Below, piece by piece: positions 26,001-35,600 of a stretch of 64,000 nucleotides of DNA. A model generated the notes under the pieces. The model saw nothing but the letters and a program-made list of their open reading frames with translations, was not told where the DNA came from and ran no database searches. Location: assembly GCA_032718475.1 (NCBI GenBank), contig JAUCBJ010009163.1, forward strand, positions 164,836 to 228,835, written 5' to 3'. The position numbers were made by a program, and so were the translations under genes. This stretch comes from Nemertoderma westbladi (taxonomy: Eukaryota > Animalia > Xenacoelomorpha). How positions within the stretch are numbered: the first letter of the stretch is position 1; each line of letters starts with the position of its first letter.

Positions 26001-27880
26001 GGCTACACAACGAAAGGACGAGATACCCTATATTCGTCGCGAATAGAGTGGACGAAATAAGGGCGACCACAGAACTGGAAAGGTGGCACTACTGCCCAAC
26101 GGACGAGAACCCAGCGGACTTGTTATCGAGGGGCGTGGTACGCCACACTTTCTTGAAGAAGGAAGTATTGTGGCAACACGGGCCACAGTTTCTGAGCGAT
26201 AGGGAGGCCTGGCCGCCGATGAGAAAGGTGGACCCGGGCTCAGGAGAAGTAGTGTCAGAAGGAGAAGAGGGAGATTCAGAGGGAGAGGAGATATACTCCC
26301 AGATGGTGAGGGAGATAAGGGACGTGCAACCAAAACCAGGAGAACTGTGCGATAACCCGACGGATAAACTCCTTAGCTACAGTTCTAGTTGGTACAAGAC
26401 CAAGAAGTTAGTGGCATACTGGAGAGCCTTCGGGAATTTCCTCAGGGGAGTTGGTAAAGACGTGAAGATTAGAACGACAATAGACCTGGAAGGAGCGGCC
26501 AAAGCAGTCATCCGCTACGAGCAGAGGAAGAACTACGGCGACGAGGTGGAACGCGTCGGTAAGCAACAGCATCTCCGGCGGGACAGCGAGCTGATCACGC
26601 TGTCACCACAACTTAATGACGACGGGATCCTAGTAATGAACTCTAGGGTGGGATACAACAACAGTATCGTCGTACCACCGAAGCCCATCATCATTCCCAC
26701 AGGATCGCCGATAGTCCACCAGATTATCTGGGACTCCCACAAATCGATATTGCACGGGGGCACCAACCGAACCCTCACGGAGATAAGAAGGACCTTTTGG
26801 GTCAAACAGCTGAGGAAGAAGGTAAAGGCGGTAGTGGGGCAGTGCCAGAGCTGCCGACGAGCGAAGAAGGAATGGGCCATACAGGAGATGGCGCCACTAC
26901 CGGCCAGTAGAGTAAGACAGCACGACCCGCCATTTACGCATTGCGGTGTGGATATGTTCGGGCCGATAAAGATTAAGGTGATGCGACACACGGAGAAACG
27001 CTACGGTATCATCTTCGTATGCAACAACACGCGGGCGGTAGGAATAGAACTCGCCCAAGATGCAACCGCATCAGCATTCATCAATGCTTTAGAAAGATTT
27101 AGAGACCGCAAAGGTGGGACAATCGCAGTGCTGTATTCTGACAGCGGGACCAACTTTGTGGGGGCGGAGAACGAGATGGCAGAGGCCTTGGATATCCTGG
27201 AAGGGGAGGAAGTCAGGGCGGCCATGAGAAGGCGACAAGTAAAGTGGGAGAGGAGGACGCCGTATGCTCCGCATACGCTAGGATGCGTCGAGAGATTAGT
27301 GGGTAGTTCGAAACGTCTGATGACGAAGCTGATGAACACCCACATGGTTACAGAAGACGTACTAAGGACAGTACTGGCAAAGTGTGAGGGTATCATTAAT
27401 AGCAGACCGCTATATCCAGAGAATGATGACCCTGAGTCATTAGACGTGCTGACGCCCAGTCACTTTCTAATGGAGAGGCCGGCGACAATCGACATGCGGG
27501 GTGTAGACCCAGACGACATACACTCCCGCCAGAGTTGGAAAGTCGCTATGGCAATAAGCGCAGAGTACTGGAGGAGGTGGGTCGAGGAATATCTGCCCAC
27601 ACTACACAGAAGAAGTAAGTGGAGGAACACGAACAGAGAGCTAAAGGAGGGTGATCTCGTGATCGTCACGGATGATACTATCATCAACAACCAATGGCGG
27701 TTGGCGAGAGTTGTGGGCACTTACTCCGATGAGGACGGAAGAGTCCGATCGGTAGAAGTGCGAATAGGTGGAAAGATCACATCAAGGTGCAAAAGACAGA
27801 AAGACCTACAGGAGGGCTGTAGGAAAATGCTGTCTACTAGAGGGGGCACCTTGATCTTGTGTGATTTTAGTGGAGTTTAG
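23008..27880 (+). CDS. pol: BEL/Pao Gag C-terminus plus Pol polyprotein (zinc knuckle, aspartic protease, RT, RNase H, integrase)
   Basis: ORF 22889-27880 has the knuckle CSRCVMSGHRARQC, protease LVDSGA, RT YYLPLH/RMVVDAS/DIEGMFNQV/FYVDDG, RNase H FSDAS/PKLEL/WTDS/NPADLLSRG, and integrase H..H..CQSC, GVDMFGP, SDSGTNF, VERLV. The BEL-like tail KTYRRAVGKCCLLEGAP* is in another frame ending at 27854, implying a frameshift near 27790. Confidence 0.96.
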
Positions 27881-27956
27881 TCGTCCAAGTTTTGGTCTGA
27901 GGGGGGTGGGATTGAGGGCGAGATGCCCTTCCCACACAATAAAATTAAAATAAAAA

Positions 27957-28420
27957 GTTAGTTAGTAAGAAGGTACGTAGTACCGTCAGTAGGCAGAAGT
28001 TAGTTAGTAAGAAGGTACGTAGTACCGTCAGTAGGCAGAAGTTAGTTAGTAAGAAGGTACATAGTACCGTTAGTTAGTTGGAGAGAGTTAGAGTTTAGTA
28101 AGAGGGTACATTGTACCGTTAGTTAGTTGGAGAGAGTTAGAGCTTAGTAAGAGGGTACATAGTACCGTTAGTTAGTCGGAGAGAGTTAGAGTTTAGTAAG
28201 AGGGTACATAGTACCGTTAGTTAGTTAATAGAGTTAGAGGTTAGTAAGAGGGTACATAGTACCGTTAGTTAGTTAGTAGAGTTAGAGGTTAGTAAGAGGG
28301 GACATAGTACCGTTAGTTAGTTAGTGGAGTTAGAGGTTAGTAAGAGGGTACGCAGTACCAATTAGTTAGTTAGTTAGAGAGAGTTAGAAGTTAGTAAGAG
28401 GGTACGTAGTACCGGTTAGT
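27957..28420 (+). repeat. Array of 10 GGTAC-NNN-GTACC hairpin units (period 42-54 nt) between pol and the extra ORF
   Basis: Stems start at 27972, 28014, 28056, 28105, 28154, 28203, 28251, 28299 (1 mismatch), 28347 and 28401. The linkers are (GTTA)n- and GAGA-rich. Confidence 0.93.
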
Positions 28421-28889
28421 AAGAGTAAGAGGTATAGGGATATATATATAGTACAGATATTAGTTAGTAGTTAGTAGCGAGAGGGGGGCATATGAGTACA
28501 GCTGGATAAATCGTGTAGGCCGCGCAACGCATACTGTTGTACTGCACAAGCCCACAGAGAAGGCCAGAATGTGGATTATGAAATAGAATAATCCATAGGC
28601 AATAGTTTAAAATATTAGAATTAAAATAAGAATAGGGCTGAAAAATTAACAAATTACAGTAACAATAGAAAAGAAAATTCTAGAACATAATAAAAGTAAC
28701 TGACAAAATTCGCAGTTTAGGTACAATTTGGTAGGTACAGAAATAAAGCCGTGTAAATAGGCTAATTAACTTAGTAATTCAGAGGGAGATAGGCCATCGA
28801 ACTGAGATAAACCACCTTAACCTATCACTCATCTTACTGCGCCTTGGTAAGGCACCACCCAGCGGGTGAGCAATCGGGTAAAGTTCGAG

Positions 28890-31346
28890 ATGGCAAGCAA
28901 ACTTGTGCGAAAGAGAAAGGCGGAGCTAGGAGGAAAGGAGATATTGGTGGATTTCACCAAGAGACATCCGGAAGAGATAACGAGGGGATACTACGAACGG
29001 TTAGAGAGGGGTCATGCAGCGCGAGCGCTACAGGACCACTTCAGGGAGGTGCATGAACAGCGGCTGGTTGGGACCTATGGGACGCCATCGCTGGACAACG
29101 CGATCTTCGAGCACTTCCACTACGTGGTAAAAGGAGACGAAGCGAAGTTCGGGATTCCGAAGTATGCAAGGGATCCACCGAGGAAGGATTGGAAGAGATT
29201 CGTAGAGTCCGTCGGCAGAGAAGGATATATGGTCATGGATGATGGGGGGACTGTGGAAGACGAGGAGGGTTCGAGGAGAGGATCGGCGGCATCGGCCAGA
29301 ACCATACTCCTACATTTGGTCGCGCCAAATGGGGACATATTCCTATTCGATCTAGGAACGTATGGAAAGAAGGATGGACCGAAGTTAAACCGGCTACCAA
29401 AGGCGGTGCAAGCACTAGTGAGAGAGAAGTCAACGACAAAAGTGGGATCGGCGATTCGCGACGACGCGGAGAGAATCATCGGTCCGGACACCCCCAACCT
29501 TCTGGATACGCAGACGGTCTACATGGCTATGACAGCACCGGATGGGTTGGGACTAATAGAGAACACAGGACATTGCGGGGCAGTGGCGATGGGCCAGTTA
29601 ATGGGGCTCGTGTGTCACAAACCGATGGACTGGGGCAAGTTCAGAGAGGAGTACGGAGCAGACTTGGCGAGCTCGTTAAAGTGGGGAGCAAGGCCAGGGA
29701 GACAATATGTGTATCAATTCCGGAGAGGAGCTATAAAGGTATATCAGAGGCGATATATCCTACAGGAGGACTGGATAATGATAGGTTTGCCTAACCTATT
29801 CATGACCGTGATTATCGAGAGAGAACCAACGGCATTCCTATTATCGAGATCACCCCTAAGCTACAGAACGTTTAAGACGGCTTTTGAGGGTCTGGTAGAC
29901 CACCCGGGGCTGAAGGGCGAGTCGGTGTACTACAACAGCCGACATCTGGTAGACGTGGAGGTGGATACGCCGTGTCAGAGATGGGAGCAGCTAGAGACGG
30001 ATAGACGAGAGGCGAAGCGACTGGAAGAAGTCGCCAGATGGGAGAGGATAGAAGCAGAAGAAAGGGAGGAGGAAGCTAGGGCACAGAGCTACGGCTTCGA
30101 GGAACAGGCGGGCTTGGATGAACTTCGTTGGACTTCATCAGGGAGTTCGGGGGAGTCTCTAGGGCGAGAACTGGGATGGACGGTGGGGTCACCGAAACAG
30201 TCGACGTCGGGATTGCAGGCGACGCCCATACCAGCGGGCGCCGAGGGCGACCAGCCGCTAAGGAGGCTAGGGGAGCTAGAGGGATGGAGAGCTACGGGCG
30301 AGAGCCAAGGCGGGAAGGGACATAGTGGGTACACCGGGATACCGGGGTTGAAGCCACTCCCAGAGGAGGACGAAGACGACGACGAGTTCGGAGAGATGCC
30401 GCCCATCGGGAGGATCGGCCACTCAGACACAGACTGGGTTGGCGGGAGGGTGGTGATGGCCAGTGGGACAAGGGCTTTCTGGAATAGACCCGGCAAGCGG
30501 GCCTGGGTGCACGACGAGCCGGTGATGGATTTCGCGGGGAGCACCATTAGGTTGGGCGAGCAACCGGGGACGGCACCACGGGTAGTATTCGGGGAGACGA
30601 TGCCCGAGAGGGGCGAAGAGGTCGACGTAGATAGGGACGCTAACGTCCGGAAGTTCGCTTACCAGCGACTCCACAGACCACGGAGATCGCTTGGGACGAA
30701 AGACGACGTGGGGCGGGAGACATTGGTACTCGGCTGTGACTACTGTGGGAAACAGACCCATCAGGAAAGGAGCTGTTTGTACCGGTTCCAGAAAGGGACT
30801 TATTGTCTCTATTGCCGCGAGTCGAGCCACAGGATGGGGGCGTTTCCACGGTTGCATAACCGATGTTCGAAGTGTAACTTTCGGGGACATTACGGATGCC
30901 AGTGCGACTGGATGGACGACGAAGAGAAGTTTAGGGTCTTCGAAGAATGGGCCGACGTCGGGGCGATGACTCGGCAACGTATGAAGGCCCAGGAGCTCCG
31001 GTGGGACTTCTTTAACATCAATCAGGAGGCTCACATGGAGATTATCAAACGGAGGCTTCCATTTACCTACCAGGAAGTGGCGATGGCGGCATCATATGCC
31101 GGAGTGATAAATACGCAGAGGTATTTGGACAGGTGGACGCCACAGAGTAGAGGAGAGTTTAGGGATTTCTTGGCGGAGCATGTGCCGCGGGCAATGAAGA
31201 TGATCCTATGGGATGCCATCAGGGGGAGACAACAGGGCCACTCGGAAGGGCCACCCGCGAAGCGATACCGGGAGCTAATAACACCGGCACCCAAGGAGTC
31301 GACGACCGGGATCAGTAAGGAGGTGGCGGCGAGGGTCCGAAGATAG
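28890..31346 (+). CDS. Retrotransposon accessory ORF3 (~818 aa): DnaQ/DEDDy-like 3'-5' exonuclease domain, charged linker, three CCHC zinc knuckles
   Basis: Uninterrupted 2.46-kb ORF with first ATG at 28890 (GAGATGG). WRN/EXD/Mut-7-like pattern: YMVMDDGG...ILLHLVAPNGDIFLFDL...LPKAVQALVREKSTTKVGSAIRDDAERI...NLLDTQTVY...YQRRYILQED. Knuckles: CDYCGKQTHQERSC, CLYCRESSHRMGAF (last C to F) and CSKCNFRGHYGCQC. Confidence 0.8.
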   Translation: MASKLVRKRKAELGGKEILVDFTKRHPEEITRGYYERLERGHAARALQDHFREVHEQRLVGTYGTPSLDNAIFEHFHYVVKGDEAKFGIPKYARDPPRKDWKRFVESVGREGYMVMDDGGTVEDEEGSRRGSAASARTILLHLVAPNGDIFLFDLGTYGKKDGPKLNRLPKAVQALVREKSTTKVGSAIRDDAERIIGPDTPNLLDTQTVYMAMTAPDGLGLIENTGHCGAVAMGQLMGLVCHKPMDWGKFREEYGADLASSLKWGARPGRQYVYQFRRGAIKVYQRRYILQEDWIMIGLPNLFMTVIIEREPTAFLLSRSPLSYRTFKTAFEGLVDHPGLKGESVYYNSRHLVDVEVDTPCQRWEQLETDRREAKRLEEVARWERIEAEEREEEARAQSYGFEEQAGLDELRWTSSGSSGESLGRELGWTVGSPKQSTSGLQATPIPAGAEGDQPLRRLGELEGWRATGESQGGKGHSGYTGIPGLKPLPEEDEDDDEFGEMPPIGRIGHSDTDWVGGRVVMASGTRAFWNRPGKRAWVHDEPVMDFAGSTIRLGEQPGTAPRVVFGETMPERGEEVDVDRDANVRKFAYQRLHRPRRSLGTKDDVGRETLVLGCDYCGKQTHQERSCLYRFQKGTYCLYCRESSHRMGAFPRLHNRCSKCNFRGHYGCQCDWMDDEEKFRVFEEWADVGAMTRQRMKAQELRWDFFNINQEAHMEIIKRRLPFTYQEVAMAASYAGVINTQRYLDRWTPQSRGEFRDFLAEHVPRAMKMILWDAIRGRQQGHSEGPPAKRYRELITPAPKESTTGISKEVAARVRR

Positions 31347-32041
31347 AAAGCAGATCCCAGAGGAGCGGCCGTAACCAGGAAACGACCCAGGGAGGAGGAC
31401 GGCAAAGGGAAAGACTTGAGGTGGTTCCCAAAGACTGGTGGAACGAACTAGGACTTTGGAGTAATATGCCTGGAAGGCACCGAGCGAGACAGGCGAACTC
31501 CTAAGTATAAATTAAGTAATTCAAATAATTAAAAAAGGTGCAATTAGTAGGTACGTACGTAGCAATCATTATTAGTTTAGCGAAATATAATTGAAGTAAG
31601 TACTATAGTTACTCAACCTTTTTCCAATTAGCTACTGGACCGGGGATGACTGACTATGACGAACGAGACACTAGACGACTTCACATTTCCAGAGTGTGAC
31701 GGCACAGGAGAGGGGGATGGGACTCGTCAGAGATGAGTGAGTTAGCCAAAGAGGGGTCGAGCGATGGAGCGACAGTGCGAAGTGCAGAGGGAGTGCGAGT
31801 GCAATTCAAGTGTGGGGGGGGGGGGAGGAACAAGAGGGTAAATGAGGGACAGGGAAGTCCGAAAGTTAGAGTGGAGGTGAGGAGAAGTAGCGAGAGTCAG
31901 GGTGAGAATGATGTCGAGTTAGAGTGGCGAAAGTGTTTGGGAAACAAAGGTCGTGTGAGAGGAGCGCATGATCGGCCCGACACGGCACGCCAGGTAGACA
32001 GGGTAGCGAGATCCAGCGGAATCGTAGCGCACTTGAGGTGG

Positions 32042-32079
32042 ATGCTATCTTCTTACCGGGAAGATAGCATGGGGGGGAG
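32042..32079 (+). promoter_or_regulatory. Polypurine tract GGGGGGGAG (32071-32079) preceded by a perfect 11-bp hairpin
   Basis: ATGCTATCTTC (32042-32052) pairs with GAAGATAGCAT (32060-32070). GGGGGGGAG follows and abuts TGTT, the usual BEL PPT-LTR junction form. Confidence 0.75.
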
Positions 32080-32653
32080 TGTTAGCGGATTCAATTCCGC
32101 TAACCAGCCCCATAAAGTGAGCTTTAACCAATATTGGGAACACGAGGTTGATACCCAATATCAACCTCGTACCACCCCAATAAAGTGGGGACAAGGAAAC
32201 CCCAGAGGACGTACGCACAAAGGGGTCAAGGGTTACACCCCTGAGAGAGAGAGAGAGAATAACAGGGGCAATGGGAAACACACCAGGGAAGGTGAAAGGG
32301 CGACAACGAGGGTATTAGCCATTAGGGGGGAAGCATCAACTGGGTAGAGCAATATGGCCAACTGTGCAATATATATTACCGGTCCATGCAATATTCATTC
32401 ACTTGTAGTAAGTCAGCTAGTTAGGACAGTAGCGGAACTCTAGTTACCGTCTCCGCCTACTGTCATCAGTACAATCACATACCGGTACATTACAGCTTTA
32501 TGCTTTATCTCTATTATATCATATATCCCGAGCTTATATATATATCGACCGATCAACAACCTATAACTCTTTACATCTTTCACACGCGGTGGGGACGCGT
32601 AGACTAGAAACCAAAACCCGGATAAACCGGGATCTTCCGCAGATCCCATGACA
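32080..32653 (+). repeat. 3' LTR of the BEL/Pao element (574 bp)
   Basis: Starts TGTTAGCGGAT right after the PPT and ends ATCCCATGACA (imperfect inverted termini, 8/11). The satellite resumes at 32654. A TATA-like tract lies at ~32535. No second LTR is in the window to confirm it. Confidence 0.75.
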
Positions 32654-35600
32654 ATAGAAGTAATCAGATGTTATTTGCTACATCTTTCTGCCAGAGATGG
32701 ATGAATTTTGATTGTGTCAGAACACCCCTTATCTGTGGTTGTATGAGTGGAGAGATAAGTAGCCTATCTCGCTATTAATATTGTTGTTATATTTATTATA
32801 GTTTCATCGTATTGCTAAAGTGGCTGGAGCTAAAGTTATTATGTAATGCAATAATTCACATCAAATATCTCAGCTATTTCATGAACATAATGAAGTATTA
32901 AAGCCATGTCAAAATCCTTCGTGTTTTTCTGCAATAATTGATCAAAATATCCTGTAATTTTTTACAAAAACCATGTCGATTTTCATATTTATAACTTCTA
33001 TCCCACTCCACGAGATAGAGAATCTTAAATGAAAGTCAAAAGAACAGGTAACACTTATATTTATAGAAGTAATCAGCTGTTATTTGCTATGTCTTTCCGC
33101 TGAAGATGAATGAATTTTGATTGTGTCAGAACACCCCCTATCTATGGTTGTATGAGTGGAGAGATAAGTATCCTATCTCCCTATTAATATTGTTGTGTTC
33201 TAGAATATTTTTTATAGTTTCATCGTATTGCCAAAGTGAATGGAGCTGAAGTTAACTCATAATACAATAATTCACCTCAAATATCTCAGCTATTTCATGA
33301 ACATAATGAAGTATTAAAGCCATGTTAAAATCATTGGTGTTTTTCTGCAATAATTTATCTAAATATCCTCTGATTTTTTTCAAAAACTTTATCGATTTTC
33401 ATATTTATAACTTCTATCCCACTCCACGAGATAGAGAATCTTAAATGAACGTCAAAAGAACAGGTAACACTTACATTTATAGAAGTAATCAGCTATTATT
33501 TGCTACGTCTTTCCGCTGGAGATGTATGAATTTTGACTGTGCCAGAACACCCCCTATCTGTGGTTGTATGAGTGGAGAGATAAGTAGCCTATCTCCCTAT
33601 TATTATTGTTGTATTCTAGAATATTTATTATTGTTTCATCGTATTGCTAAAGTGGCTGGAGCTAAAGTTATTATGTAATGCAATAATTCACCTCAAATAT
33701 CTCAGCTATTTCATGAACATAATGAAGTATTAAAGCCATGTCAAAATCCATGGTGTTTTTCTGCAATAATTTATCAAAATATCCTCTGATTCTTTACTAT
33801 AACCATATCGATTTTCATATTTATAACTTCTATCCCACTCCACGAGATAGAGAATCTTAAATGAAAGTCAAAAGAACAGGTAACACTTATATTTATAGAA
33901 GTAATCAGCTGTTATATGCTACGTCTTTCCGCTTGAGATGGATGAATTTTGATTGTGTCAGAACACCCCCTATCTGTGGCTGTCTGAGTGGAGAGATAAG
34001 TATCCTGTTTCCGTGTTAATATTGTTGTGTTCTAGAATATTTATAACAGTTTCATCGTATTGCCAAAGTGACTGGAGCTGAAGTTAACTTATGCAATAAT
34101 TCACCTCAAATATCTCAGCTATTTTATGAACATAATGAAGTATTAAATCCATGTCAAAATCCTTGGTATTTTTCTGCAATAATTTATCAAAATATCCTCT
34201 GATTTTTTTCAAAAACCATATCGATTTTCATATTTATAACTTCTATCCCACTCCACGAGATAGAGAATCTTAAATGAAAGTCAAAAGAACAGATAACACT
34301 TACATTTATAGAAGTAATCAGCTGTTATTTGCTACGTCTTTCCGCTTGAGATGGATGAATTTTGATTGCGTCAGAACACCCCCTATCTGTGGCTGTCTGA
34401 GTTGAGAGATAAGTAGCCTATCTCCCTATTAATATTGTTGTGTTCTAGAATATTTATTATAGTTTCATCGTATTGCTAAAGTGGCAGGAGCTAAAGTTAT
34501 TATGTAATGCAATAATTCACCTCCAATATCTCAGCTATTTCATGAACATAATGAAGTATTAAAGCCATGTCAAAATCCTTGGTATTTTTCTGCAATAATT
34601 TATCAAAATATCCTCTGATTCTTTACTATAACCATATCGATTTTAATATTTATAACTTCTAACCCACTCCACGAGATAGAGAATCTTAAATGAAAGTCAA
34701 AAGAACAGGTAACACTTACATTTATAGAAGTAATCAGCTGTTATTTGCTACGTCTTTCCGCTTGAGATGGATGAATTTTGATTGTGTCAGAACACCCCCT
34801 ATCTGTGGCTGTCTGAGTTGAGAGATAAGTAGCCTATCTCCCTATTAATATTGTTGTGTTCTAGAATATTTATTATAGTTTCATCGTATTGCTAAAGTGG
34901 CAGGAGCTAAAGTTATTATGTAATGCAATAATTCACCTCCAATATCTCAGCTATTTCATGAACATAATGAAGTATTAAAGCCATGTCAAAATCCTTGTTG
35001 TTTTTCTGCAATAATTTATCTAAATATCTTCTAATTTTTTACAAAAACCATAATATAGATTTTCATATTTATAACTTCTATCCCACTCCATGAGATAGAG
35101 AATCTTAAATGAAAGTCAAAAGAACAGGTAACACTTACATTTATAGAAGTAATCAGCTGTTATTTGCTACGTCTTTCCGCTGGAGATAAATGAATTTTGA
35201 TTTCATTGGAACACCCCCTATCTGTGGCTTTATGAGTGGAGAGATAAGTAGCTTATCTCCCTATTAATATTGTTGTGTTCTAGAATATTTATTATTGTTT
35301 CATCGTATTGCCAAAGTGACTGGAGCTGAAGTTAACTTATAATACTATAATTCACCTCAAATATCTCGGCTATTTCATGAACATAATGAAGTATTAAAGC
35401 CATGTCAAAATCCTTGGTGTTTTTCTGCAATAATTTATCAAAATATCCTCTGATTTTTTACAAAAACCATATCGATTTTCATATTTATAACTTCTATCCC
35501 ACTCCACGAGATAGATAATCTTAAATGAACGTCAAAAGAACAGGTAACACTTACATTTAAGGCAGTAATCACCTGTTATTTGCTACGTCTTTCTGCTGGA

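Larger units (their letters stand above)
19605..32653 (+). mobile_element. BEL/Pao LTR retrotransposon, 5'-truncated, with an extra exonuclease/zinc-knuckle ORF
   Basis: Order is gag-PR-RT-RNase H-IN with BEL-type motifs, then an extra ORF, a PPT and a TGT...ACA 3' LTR. The + strand is GC-richer and purine-rich against the AT-rich flanks. Confidence 0.95.

Noticed and set aside
27957-28420. CRISPR-like array (palindromic repeats with spacers)
   Set aside because: The spacers are themselves repeated low-complexity sequence, there are no cas genes, and the context is a eukaryotic retrotransposon.
28890-31346. ORF3 as an envelope glycoprotein
   Set aside because: No signal peptide, no clear transmembrane anchor and no Cys-rich ectodomain. 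The cysteines form CCHC knuckles.
20261-31405. Numerous minus-strand and alternate-frame ORFs over gag, pol and ORF3
   Set aside because: These are shadow ORFs of a GC-richer coding strand with no motifs.
31733-32347. 204-aa ORF overlapping the PPT and LTR
   Set aside because: It has no recognisable motif, crosses a poly-G run and the LTR boundary, and is likely incidental.
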